Shown here piece after piece: positions 37,397 to 46,165 of a DNA stretch of 50,049 nt. Numbering within the stretch: position 1 is the stretch's first letter; each line of letters starts with the position of its first letter. The translations under genes were made by a program, and so were the position numbers. This DNA is from Actinomycetales bacterium (GTDB taxonomy: Bacteria; Actinomycetota; Actinomycetes; Actinomycetales; CAVURS01): contig JBJMHS010000037.1 in NCBI GenBank assembly GCA_045807245.1, positions 1 through 50,049 of the forward strand. Reading direction: 5' to 3'. Below the pieces are notes generated by a model. That model had not been told where the DNA came from, ran no database searches, and saw only the letters and a list, made by a program, of their open reading frames with translations.

Positions 37397-38893
37397 CTAG
37401 CCGTGCTCCAGATTGAACTCGTTGCCTGGGATCTCCGGGTGGGTGCCATCATCCTCGGCCTCACCGGTCGCGAGCACCGATCCTGCGACCGCCAAGACCT
37501 GCGGGCGGCGGTTGCCGATCCAGAACGCGATCGCCGAGACGAGGATGACCCATGCGACCACGACGTAGGGGAACGACTTGAACGGCTGGGCGCTGTTCTC
37601 GATGATCTGCCCGACCAGCAGCGCGGCCATCAGACCGGCCCCGACGAGCGGCAGGATGAGGTGCTTGAGCCAGCTGAACCCGTCGGCCTTCCAGAGGAAA
37701 CGGACGGCGGCCAGGTTGGTGAGCACGTAGACCGGCAGGATGCCCAACGTCAGCACGAAGCCGAGATAACCGTAGACCTGGCTCCCGCCGAGCGGCTTGG
37801 TCAAGCCTCCGGCGAAGATCCCGACGATGATGGCAAGGGCGACCGAGAAGGCACCCTGGACGAGCACGGCGTTGGTGGGCGTACGGCGTACGGGATGGAC
37901 GTGGGCCAGCCACTTCGGCAGCAGGCCTTCGCGGCCCATGGCGTAGAAGATCCGGATGATGCCGTTGTTGCTGTTCACCATGACGGCGAACATGCTCGAC
38001 ACGGACGCCACGATGATGAACCACTTCATCCACGGCGCGAACGTCGCGGCCAGGTTGTTCCATGGCGTGTCAGCGCCCGTCAGCTTGTTGGCCCCGTCGA
38101 TGCCGAGACCGTTGACCTCGGCCCAGATGCAGAACAGGTAGATCAGGCCGACGACGACGCAGGACAGGAAGATCGCACGCGGCACGGTCTTGCGCGGCTG
38201 CCGCACCTCCTCGCTCAGTGTCGACGCCCCCTCGAACCCGACGAAGCTCAGGGCAGCGAACACGAACCCCGTCACCAACCCGTTGAGCCCGTGGGGCGAC
38301 TCGGTCGGCGAGAGCGGCTTGAGGGTGAGCCCGTGCGCACCGCCCTTGACCACGATGATGATCGCGATGAGCAGGACGACGAACACTTCGGCCGTGAACA
38401 GCACCATCGCGGTGCGGATGCTGGACTGGATGCCCTCGTAGGCCAGGAAGATCATGAAGGCCGCCGGCACCAGGCCGATGACCCACCAGGGGATGTCGAC
38501 GCTGAACTCGGCGTTGAACGTGTTCTGCAGGTAGCTCCCGATCAGCCCGATCTCGGCCGGCGGCAGCAGGGCGTAAGCGACGAACATCAGCCCGCCGGTC
38601 ACGAAGCCGGCCCGTGGTCCGAGCCCGCGGGTGACGTAGGTGTAGTACGCCCCCGCGCTGGGCAGCCGGGCCGACATCGCGATGACACCACTCGCCGCGA
38701 TGAGCGTCGCGACCAGACAGGCGAAGTAGACGAACGGCGTCGCGGCGCCGGAGAACGGCGTCGAGAACTGCGGGTTGAAGAACGTCGAGACGGCCGGCCC
38801 CATGATGGCGGCGGACATGATGACCGCGCCGCCGAGGCCGATGGCGTTGGCGCGCAGGCGCGGCGGAGCGGGTGGTTCGATGGTCGCGGTCAC
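37397..38893 (-). CDS. APC-family (amino acid/polyamine/organocation) permease
   Basis: About 12 TM helices with PSAGAYYTYV..GLG, FVGFE...LSEE..P...VPRA and RIFYAMGREGLLP...TP.NA. Confidence 0.92.
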   Translation of the reverse strand: MTATIEPPAPPRLRANAIGLGGAVIMSAAIMGPAVSTFFNPQFSTPFSGAATPFVYFACLVATLIAASGVIAMSARLPSAGAYYTYVTRGLGPRAGFVTGGLMFVAYALLPPAEIGLIGSYLQNTFNAEFSVDIPWWVIGLVPAAFMIFLAYEGIQSSIRTAMVLFTAEVFVVLLIAIIIVVKGGAHGLTLKPLSPTESPHGLNGLVTGFVFAALSFVGFEGASTLSEEVRQPRKTVPRAIFLSCVVVGLIYLFCIWAEVNGLGIDGANKLTGADTPWNNLAATFAPWMKWFIIVASVSSMFAVMVNSNNGIIRIFYAMGREGLLPKWLAHVHPVRRTPTNAVLVQGAFSVALAIIVGIFAGGLTKPLGGSQVYGYLGFVLTLGILPVYVLTNLAAVRFLWKADGFSWLKHLILPLVGAGLMAALLVGQIIENSAQPFKSFPYVVVAWVILVSAIAFWIGNRRPQVLAVAGSVLATGEAEDDGTHPEIPGNEFNLEHG

Positions 38894-38963
38894 TGAATCT
38901 CTCCCGATCTCGGCATGGGCGATCTGTCCGAGCAGTCGGTACTCCCCTCAGGCACCGGGCCAG

Positions 38964-38993
38964 AGGTTAGACGTCTGATGACTTTGGCGTCAA
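38964..38993 (-). promoter_or_regulatory. Housekeeping-sigma promoter of the APC-kinase operon with an overlapping palindromic operator
   Basis: On the minus strand, TTGACG (38993-38988)-N18-TAACCT (38969-38964). The near-palindrome TTAGACGTCTGA (38967-38978) has a perfect AGACGTCT core. Confidence 0.7.
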
Positions 38994-39048
38994 TGGTTTC
39001 CCGGTGCGTCCCGCCGACCGACCGGCCGCTGGGTGCACGGCCGAAGCG

Positions 39049-39747
39049 TCACCGCAGGGCGTTGAGAGCGGCCCAGGTGGCGCGCGTGAGGCGGCCGTCG
39101 TCCTGGCCACCGGTGCCGCGCTGGAAGGCGCGGACCGCCGTGGCGGTAGCCCCGTCGTACTCGCCGTTCTCGACGAGCGCCCGCCCCTCCAGCTCCGCAT
39201 GCCGCCCGTCCGCGGCGAAGTTCAGCCGCGCCTGAGCCCAGCGCACATGCCTGGACGCGGGTGCGCCGACCTCGATGGCGTGTCCGGGGAACGGCCGGTC
39301 CGGCCGCCCGATGTCGCTGACCTGTCCGCCGATGATGCCGCCGCCCCCCAGTCCCTTGCGGAAGCCCAGCCGGGCCGCGGCCTCCGGCCAGGTCGCCGTC
39401 GTGAACAGGCGACCGAGGTCGCGTCCGATCGCTCGGCAGACGACGCCGCAGAGCAACCCCGAGCTGTCCCCGCCGCGGTCGGCGTCCGGCACCTGGTCCA
39501 GGACGAACGGCCGGCCGACGCACCGCTCGGCGTACCCGAGAGCGCGTCGGGCGGCCTGGTCGGACACGACGAGGTGCGCCCGGTGCACGAACAGCTCGTG
39601 CCGCGCACCTCGGGCCGCGTCGCCCACGACACAGCCGACACCGGCGCGTGCTTCGACGTTCACGCCGCCGAGCGTGCACGCCATATGCCCCACGTCCTCG
39701 TGGATCTCGACCGCCGTGCTCGAGCCGACCTGCAGCAGGAACGGCAC
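39049..39747 (-). CDS. Peptidoglycan-binding domain protein with NlpC/P60-like segments
   Basis: C-terminal PG_binding_1 pattern (VRWAQARLN...NGEYDGATATAVRAFQ....DGRL...TW.AL), plus GHMACTLGG and GGDSSGL segments. GAGGAAGG RBS. Confidence 0.72.
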   Translation of the reverse strand: MPFLLQVGSSTAVEIHEDVGHMACTLGGVNVEARAGVGCVVGDAARGARHELFVHRAHLVVSDQAARRALGYAERCVGRPFVLDQVPDADRGGDSSGLLCGVVCRAIGRDLGRLFTTATWPEAAARLGFRKGLGGGGIIGGQVSDIGRPDRPFPGHAIEVGAPASRHVRWAQARLNFAADGRHAELEGRALVENGEYDGATATAVRAFQRGTGGQDDGRLTRATWAALNALR

Positions 39748-39748
39748 G

Positions 39749-39931
39749 TCAGCCTTCCTCTGCGCCAGGGCCGTCGCGACGAGCCATCTGCCGCGCCACC
39801 TCGAGGCGCTCGGCGTCGGTCAGCGACCGGCCCTTCGGCGCCGGGCCGAACTGCGCGACGTCGGCCTCGACGTCGATGCCCTCGAAGGGCACCAGTTGCT
39901 CGGGATCGGACGACCCGCCACGTTCGACCAT
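39749..39931 (-). CDS. Small acidic hypothetical protein (60 aa)
   Basis: AAGGAA upstream of the ATG. Its stop lies 1 nt before the next GTG, consistent with translational coupling. Confidence 0.6.
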   Translation of the reverse strand: MVERGGSSDPEQLVPFEGIDVEADVAQFGPAPKGRSLTDAERLEVARQMARRDGPGAEEG

Positions 39932-40043
39932 GAGGGTTCCTTTGCCGGATGCACTGGCGGACGGGCGAATTCGTGCACCCTACGAACGCCGGGCAAGCAG
40001 CAGCAACCACCGTGACGTGTCAACGACAGTGCGTAACCGGTCG

Positions 40044-40241
40044 CTACTTGCTGGGTTGTGGCACCTTGCAGTGCACCTTCGGGTTCGCGCCGACGTAGTT
40101 CAGCGGACCGGCAACGATCGTGACCGCGACGGTCCCGGCATGCGCGCAGCTGTCGTTGGATCCCTTGTAGTACCCGCGCTGACCTGCGGCGATGACCCCC
40201 ACGACGAGCCAGATGACCACGATCGCGCCGATGATTCTCAC
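40044..40241 (-). CDS. Small actinobacterial membrane protein (65 aa)
   Basis: GTG after GAGGAA. MRIIGAIVVIWLVVGVIAAGQRGYY...C.....TIVAGPLNYVGANPKVHC has two hydrophobic segments and two Cys. Confidence 0.78.
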   Translation of the reverse strand: MRIIGAIVVIWLVVGVIAAGQRGYYKGSNDSCAHAGTVAVTIVAGPLNYVGANPKVHCKVPQPSK

Positions 40242-40320
40242 TGTTTCCTCCGTAGCAGGCGTCGTTTGGATCATCGGCCAGGCCTGGTGGCCTCGCCACT
40301 TGAACGTGAGACTGGCGGAC

Positions 40321-41364
40321 ATGCCACGAGCCCTCCCGGACCTGTTTCCCACCTCGCTGGTCGGCAGCTTCGCGCAGCCGGAGTGGCTGATCGACCGGGC
40401 CAAGCTGGCCGGACGGTTCCCCCCGCGGGTACGCGCCAAGGAGCTCTGGCGCCCGGCTCCGGAGCATCTCGACGAGGCGCAGGACGACGCCACGCTGGTG
40501 GCGATCCGCGCGCAGGAGCGGGCCGGGCTGGACATCCTCACCGACGGCGAGATCCGGCGCGAGAGCTACTCCAACCACTTCGCGACGGCGCTCGACGGCG
40601 TCGACATCGACAACCCGGGCGAGGCCCTCGACCGCAGCGGCCATCCGAACCCCGTGCCGAGGGTCGTCGGCCCCGTCGCGCGTCCCGGCCCGGTGCAGCG
40701 TCGCGACGTGGAGTTCCTGCGCGCCAACACCGACCGCACGATCAAGGTCACGGTGCCCGGCCCGTTCACCATGTCGCAGCAGGCGCAGAACGACTACTAC
40801 CCGGACGCCGAGTCCCTGGCGATGGCCTACGCCGACGCCTGCAACGCCGAGGTCAAGGACCTCTTCGCCGCGGGCGCCGACATCGTGCAGCTGGACGAGC
40901 CGTACCTACAGGCCCGCGCGGAGGCTGCGCGCGAGTACGGCGTCACGGCGCTGACGCGTGCGCTCGACGGCGTGCAGGGCACGACGGCGGTGCACCTGTG
41001 CTTCGGGTACGCCGCGATCATCCACGACCGGCCGTCCGGGTACTCGTTCCTGTCCGAGCTGGCCGAGGCTCCGTGCGACCAGGTGTCCATCGAGACGGCT
41101 CAGTCCGGCCTGGACCCGGCGGTGCTGGCCACCCTCGACGGCAAGACCGTCATCCTCGGCGTGCTGGACCTGTCGGACCACGCGGTCGAGCCGCCCGACG
41201 TGGTGGCCGACCGCGTGCGGCGGGTGTTCCCGTTCGTGCCACCCGAGCGGCTCGTCCTCGCGCCGGACTGCGGCATGAAGTACCTCCCCCGCGCGAGTGC
41301 CGAGGGCAAGCTCCGGTCGATGACCGCAGCCGCGACACAGCTGCGCGCCGAGCTCGGCGGCTGA
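40321..41364 (+). CDS. Cobalamin-independent methionine synthase catalytic-domain (MetE C-terminal-like) Zn enzyme
   Basis: TSLVGS, TDGEIRR, PGPFT, QLDEP and Zn ligands HLC...E...APDCG. Single barrel only. Confidence 0.88.
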   Translation: MPRALPDLFPTSLVGSFAQPEWLIDRAKLAGRFPPRVRAKELWRPAPEHLDEAQDDATLVAIRAQERAGLDILTDGEIRRESYSNHFATALDGVDIDNPGEALDRSGHPNPVPRVVGPVARPGPVQRRDVEFLRANTDRTIKVTVPGPFTMSQQAQNDYYPDAESLAMAYADACNAEVKDLFAAGADIVQLDEPYLQARAEAAREYGVTALTRALDGVQGTTAVHLCFGYAAIIHDRPSGYSFLSELAEAPCDQVSIETAQSGLDPAVLATLDGKTVILGVLDLSDHAVEPPDVVADRVRRVFPFVPPERLVLAPDCGMKYLPRASAEGKLRSMTAAATQLRAELGG

Positions 41365-41377
41365 GGGTTCCGCGCGG

Positions 41378-42913
41378 GTGCCCGACACCATCCCGGACCT
41401 CCTGTCCGCCGCCGCCGAACGCGACCCCGACGGCGTCTGGCTGCGCACCGACGACGGCACGCAGACCTTCGCCGGCGCGAGCGGTCAGGTCGCGGCGGCC
41501 GCTGGGCGGCTGCGGGGTCTGGGCATCACGACGGGCGACCTCGTCGTCGTGATCACCCGGACCACACCGCCGTACCTGCTCACCTGGCTCGCCCTGACGT
41601 CGCTCGGTGCGATCGCGGTCACAACCGACCCGAAGGGCACGGTCGAGGAACTGACCGGCCTGGTCGGTCAGGCCCAGCCGTCGATGGTCGTCACGGACGC
41701 CGAGCTCAGGTCCTTGGCCCAGGAGGCGATCGGCCGAGCGGGCTCCAAAGCCCGGCTGACCGACGTGGCCGAGCTGGTAGAGGACTGGACCGCGACCGTC
41801 AACGGCGCCGACCTGCCCCATGCCGTCGAGCCGGACGACGTCGCCGTGCTGATCCCGACCTCGGGGACGACCGGGCGCTCCAAGCTGGTGATGCAGACTC
41901 ACCGGGCTTACGCCTGGGCCGGCGAGGGCTTCCCCTACTGGATGGAGCTCGGGTCCGACGACCGGCTCATGACCTCGCTACCGCTGTTCCACATCAACGC
42001 CCCGGCGTACTCGGTCATGGGGTCGCTCGCAGCGGGGGCCGGGCTCGTCCTGCTCCCACGGTTCTCGGCGAGCGGTTTCCTCGACAGCGCGCGCCGACAC
42101 GGCGCCACGGAGTTCAACGCCATCGGCGCGATGCTGGAAATCCTGATGCGCCAACCGGTTTCGCCCGACGATGCCGACACCCCGCTGCGACTGTGCTACA
42201 CCGGGCCGTCCCCGGCCAAGGAGTGGCAGGAGGCGTTCGAGGAGCGTTTCGGGCTCCGCGTCGTCTGCGGCTACGCAATGTCGGAGTCGCCGTACGGCCT
42301 GATCTGGAGGCACGGCACGCGTCCGTTCGGCACGCTCGGCTCGGTGCGCCAACATCCGCGGCTGGGCGTGGTCAACGAGGCTCGGGTGATCGGCGACGAC
42401 GGTCAGGACGTGAGCGACGGCGAGACCGGTGAGCTGTGGTTGCGCAACCCGGTCGTGACCCCCGGCTACTGGGGCATGCCGGACGTGACCGCCGAGACCA
42501 TCACCGACGGCTGGCTGCACACCGGAGACCTGGTCACGAAGAACGCAGGCGACACCTACACGTTCGTCTCTCGCCGCAAGGAGGTGCTGCGCCGGCGCGG
42601 GCAGAACCTCTCACCGCTCGAGGTCGAGGAGGCCGTGGCGAGCCACCCCGACGTGCTCGAGGTGGCGGTGGTGGCCGTACCGTCCGAGCTGACCGAGGAC
42701 GAGGTCAAGGCGTTCGTCGTCATGGCACCGGACTCCGCACCCGACTTCGCCGCGTTGCGGGCCTGGGCCGGCGAACGGCTCTCGGCGTTCAAGGTGCCGC
42801 GGTACTGGCAGCAGGTGGACTCCCTGCCCCGCACGCCCACTCAACGCGTGGCGAAACACCGGCTGCCGAGCGGGCATCCGGAGGACGAGTACGACGCCGA
42901 AACGTCGCGCTAG
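41378..42913 (+). CDS. AMP-binding acyl-CoA synthetase (CaiC-like)
   Basis: TSGTTGRSK, PLFH, GYAMSE, GWLHTGDL and PRTPTQRVAK. Confidence 0.92.
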   Translation: MPDTIPDLLSAAAERDPDGVWLRTDDGTQTFAGASGQVAAAAGRLRGLGITTGDLVVVITRTTPPYLLTWLALTSLGAIAVTTDPKGTVEELTGLVGQAQPSMVVTDAELRSLAQEAIGRAGSKARLTDVAELVEDWTATVNGADLPHAVEPDDVAVLIPTSGTTGRSKLVMQTHRAYAWAGEGFPYWMELGSDDRLMTSLPLFHINAPAYSVMGSLAAGAGLVLLPRFSASGFLDSARRHGATEFNAIGAMLEILMRQPVSPDDADTPLRLCYTGPSPAKEWQEAFEERFGLRVVCGYAMSESPYGLIWRHGTRPFGTLGSVRQHPRLGVVNEARVIGDDGQDVSDGETGELWLRNPVVTPGYWGMPDVTAETITDGWLHTGDLVTKNAGDTYTFVSRRKEVLRRRGQNLSPLEVEEAVASHPDVLEVAVVAVPSELTEDEVKAFVVMAPDSAPDFAALRAWAGERLSAFKVPRYWQQVDSLPRTPTQRVAKHRLPSGHPEDEYDAETSR

Positions 42914-42917
42914 ACGG

Positions 42918-43733
42918 TCAGATCCGGAAGAACAGGTTCAGGTACCGGTCGGCCAGGGCGCGGTCGCCGCGGATCGTCCCGCCGTTGACCCGTCCGAACG
43001 CCGTCAGCACCATGCTGCCCGCGTCGAACTCGACCCGGGCCGGCAGGCTCTCGATCTCGCCCTGCTCGTAGCTGAGCCCGTCACCGGTGACGGTGACCCG
43101 GTAGTCGCCGGCGTTGCGTCCGGTGACCCGGATGCCGACGGTGAACGGCTCGGTGACCTGGTCGGTCTTCACCGTGCCCCGCCAGATCTCGAACATGAAC
43201 GGCACCAACAGGTCCGCGGCGTCACCGGTCAGGCCGTGCGCCTGGCCGCTGCCTTGACGGATGTCCCACGAGTGCACGCCGTAGTCCATGAGCTGACCGG
43301 CGGCGTAGAAGAAGGCCGGTACCGGCCCCATGTACGGGTGGGTCACCATGAAGCCGGTCCAGTCCTCCGGTCCGATCGGCTCGAGGATCTCCCGCATCTT
43401 GTGGAAGTCCGCCTTCAGCCGGTCCATCAGCTCGGCCTGCGGCACGCCCCGGAACGCGGTCGCGAACTCGTTGGCCTTACGGCTCATGACCGTGAGCCCG
43501 TACGGCTCGGGGATCTCGCCGGTCCCCCGGGCGGCGTCGAACGCCCGGAAGTAGCCCTCCGTGGTGTCGACGATGTGGGCGACGATGTCGCGGGTCGTCC
43601 ACCCGTCACAGGGCGTCGGCCGCTCCCAGATCTCCGGGTCGTCGGCCATCGCGAACATGGCCTCCGCCTCGTCGCGCACGACCCGCATGATCGTGTCCTT
43701 GCCCTCGTAGGTCATCGCGTTCCACTCGCTCAT
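42918..43733 (-). CDS. Maleylpyruvate isomerase-family mycothiol-dependent enzyme (MDMPI/DinB fold)
   Basis: W..PTPC.GWT.RD.VAH and D..VH.WDIR, followed by an SCP2-like C-terminal domain. Confidence 0.85.
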   Translation of the reverse strand: MSEWNAMTYEGKDTIMRVVRDEAEAMFAMADDPEIWERPTPCDGWTTRDIVAHIVDTTEGYFRAFDAARGTGEIPEPYGLTVMSRKANEFATAFRGVPQAELMDRLKADFHKMREILEPIGPEDWTGFMVTHPYMGPVPAFFYAAGQLMDYGVHSWDIRQGSGQAHGLTGDAADLLVPFMFEIWRGTVKTDQVTEPFTVGIRVTGRNAGDYRVTVTGDGLSYEQGEIESLPARVEFDAGSMVLTAFGRVNGGTIRGDRALADRYLNLFFRI

Positions 43734-43737
43734 GGCG

Positions 43738-44268
43738 TCACTCCTCCTCGTCCAGCTGGCGGCCGCCGAAGTACATGAGCGGGTCGCTGAGCAGCTCGAT
43801 CTGGATCCCGTCGGGGTCCTTGAAGTACATCGACTCCTCGATGCCCAGGTCGGGCCCGGCGTACTTCACACCCTCCGTGTCGAGCTTGTCGCGCAACTGT
43901 TCCCAGCGCTCGCGCGGCACCGAGATCGCGATGTGCTGCACGCCACCGATCGCCTCGATGCCCGGCTCGAGGCCAAGGCCCGGGAAGTCGAAGAAACCGA
44001 GCAGCGTCTGGTTGCCGAGGTCGAAGAAGAAGTGCGAGGAGCCCTTGTAGTCGCGGTTCTCCGTCAGCTCGACCAAGGGGAAACCGAGGAAGCCTTGGTA
44101 GAACCGGATCGTCTGCTCGACGTCCGAGCAGATCAGCGCTGCGTGATGGATGCCGCGCCCGGGTGTGTCCCGCTGGTCGACCGGCATCAGATACCTGGAC
44201 TTGAGCTGCTCGCGACGATGGGCCAGCTCGGCGAGCTCGGCCTCGGTCGGGGGCGACGGGACTGCCAT
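43738..44268 (-). CDS. VOC (glyoxalase/dioxygenase) family protein
   Basis: GIHHAAL, FYQGFLG, QHIAI and SMYFKDPDGIQIEL. GAGGAG RBS. Confidence 0.9.
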   Translation of the reverse strand: MAVPSPPTEAELAELAHRREQLKSRYLMPVDQRDTPGRGIHHAALICSDVEQTIRFYQGFLGFPLVELTENRDYKGSSHFFFDLGNQTLLGFFDFPGLGLEPGIEAIGGVQHIAISVPRERWEQLRDKLDTEGVKYAGPDLGIEESMYFKDPDGIQIELLSDPLMYFGGRQLDEEE

Positions 44269-44300
44269 GCGCGCTCCTCTCGACGAGAGCCGCCCTGCTC

Positions 44301-44330
44301 CGATCACCGTCGAGCCGATCACCGTCGAGC
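44301..44330. repeat. 15-bp direct repeat x2 in a divergent intergenic region
   Basis: CGATCACCGTCGAGC at 44301-44315 and 44316-44330. Confidence 0.85.
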
Positions 44331-44473
44331 GACCCTCTTTTTCGATCTAACCACCGTGAATGGGCCGACGGTAGTTGCTGGCACAACAAATCTTGGGGAC
44401 CCGCGGATGCATCACGGCCGGAGTCCGGCTCCTCCTGGTGGCACAAGGCCGCCGACAGCCGAGGAGCTCGTCC

Positions 44474-46165
44474 ATGCCGCAGACCGCCGACCCCGACCGC
44501 AACGCCGACACAGGCCTGAGCCGGCGGACCTTGCTGCGCGCAGGAGGTTCCGGTCTGGGCGCGCTCGCCGTCACCGGGCTGACCGGTGCCGCCTCGGCGC
44601 GGGCCGCGACGCGCGGCACGGGCGCCGCGCAGGCCACGGTCGTCGGGTCGGGCGGCTGCCCGATGCACTCCGGCTCCACTGGCGGGCCGACGTACACACC
44701 GTCCGCGACGTTCGGCCGGCTCTTCCCGAACCTGCCGCCGTTCGCCGCCAACTCGCACCACCTGCGCCGCGCGTTGCTCGAGATCGGCGAGCCGGGCGGC
44801 CTGCTGGACGCGAAGGACGACCTGTTCGGGCCGAACGGCGGCCCGGTCAACCTCATCACCGACCCCAGCCTCAACCTGGTCAACCAGAACAACCCGCGCG
44901 ACACCGCCGGGATGACGTTCGTCGGCCAGTTCATCGACCACGACCTGACCTTCGATGCGACCTCTCAGCTCGGCGTACCGACCGAGCCGACGACCTCGCC
45001 GAACGGCCGGTCCGCGCGGTTCGACCTGGACTCCGTGTACGGCGGCGGGCCCGTCCTGCAGCCGGAGCTGTACGACCCGGCCGACCCGGTCAAGCTGCTC
45101 GTCGAGTCCGGCGGCCTGTTCGAGGACCTGCCCCGCCGGGCGAACGGCTCGGCGATCATCGGCGACATCCGCAACGACAGCAACCTGGTCATCGCCGGAC
45201 TGCACGCGGCGTTCCTGAAGTTCCACAACCACGCCGTCGACGTCGTACGCCGGCCGGGACTGAGCCCGGGCCAGGTCTTCCTCGAGGCGCGCCGCCAGAC
45301 GACCTGGCACTACCAGTGGCTCGTGGTGAACCGGGTGCTGCCGGCGTTCGTCGGCCCGGACCTGGTCGATGCCGCGTTGGCCGCGCACCAACCGCTCGGT
45401 GGGAACGGCGGTCCCGCGTACATCCCGGTCGAGTTCTCCGGCGCGGCGTACCGGTTCGGGCACAGCATGGTGCGGCCGTCGTACCGCGCGAACCTGGCCG
45501 GCGACGCCGGCGCGCCGTTCTTCGGGCTCATCTTCGACTCCCGGGTCGTCGTACCGGACGGGCAGAACCCGGCCACTGACCCGGGCGACCTGCGCGGCGG
45601 CTTCCGCGCACCCCGGCGCTTCGTCGGCTGGCAGACGTTCTTCGACTTCGGTGGGCCGCACTCGTCGGCCACGCGGCCGAACAAGCTGATCGACACGATC
45701 CTGTCGACACCGCTGTTCGCCCTGCCGACCAGCGCGATCGCTCACGTCGTCGGCGCGCCGGGACCGATCGCGCTCCCGCAGCGCACCCTGCTGCGCCATC
45801 TGACCTGGTCGCTGCCGTCCGGCCAGTCCGTCGCCAAGCATCTGCACCTGCCCCGGCTGTCGCGGGCGGACCTGGACGACCTCCGCGGCTTCGGGCTGGA
45901 CCTGGACCGCTCGACGCCGTTGTGGCTCTACGTCCTGCGCGAGGCGCAGCTCGTCAACGGTGGGCAGTACCTCGGCCCGGTCGGAGGCCGGATCGTCGCG
46001 CAGGTCATGCTCGGTCTGCTCAAGGCCGACCCCACGAGCTACCTCACCGACCATCCCACGTGGCGGCCGCACCTCACCGGCTCGGGTGGCAGCACCGGCG
46101 GCGACTACCAGATCGCCGACTTCCTGCGCTTCGCCGGCGTCGACCCCGACTCGCGCGGTCAGTGA
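44474..46165 (+). CDS. Tat-exported heme peroxidase (peroxidase-cyclooxygenase superfamily)
   Basis: GAGGAG RBS and SRRTLL twin-arginine signal. GQFIDHD (distal His), GDIRND (distal Arg), YRFGHS (proximal His), TPLWLYVLREA and LGPVGGRIVA. Confidence 0.9.
   Translation: MPQTADPDRNADTGLSRRTLLRAGGSGLGALAVTGLTGAASARAATRGTGAAQATVVGSGGCPMHSGSTGGPTYTPSATFGRLFPNLPPFAANSHHLRRALLEIGEPGGLLDAKDDLFGPNGGPVNLITDPSLNLVNQNNPRDTAGMTFVGQFIDHDLTFDATSQLGVPTEPTTSPNGRSARFDLDSVYGGGPVLQPELYDPADPVKLLVESGGLFEDLPRRANGSAIIGDIRNDSNLVIAGLHAAFLKFHNHAVDVVRRPGLSPGQVFLEARRQTTWHYQWLVVNRVLPAFVGPDLVDAALAAHQPLGGNGGPAYIPVEFSGAAYRFGHSMVRPSYRANLAGDAGAPFFGLIFDSRVVVPDGQNPATDPGDLRGGFRAPRRFVGWQTFFDFGGPHSSATRPNKLIDTILSTPLFALPTSAIAHVVGAPGPIALPQRTLLRHLTWSLPSGQSVAKHLHLPRLSRADLDDLRGFGLDLDRSTPLWLYVLREAQLVNGGQYLGPVGGRIVAQVMLGLLKADPTSYLTDHPTWRPHLTGSGGSTGGDYQIADFLRFAGVDPDSRGQ

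Noticed and set aside
36524..38896. 790-aa + strand ORF
   Set aside because: Antisense shadow of the kinase and permease genes.
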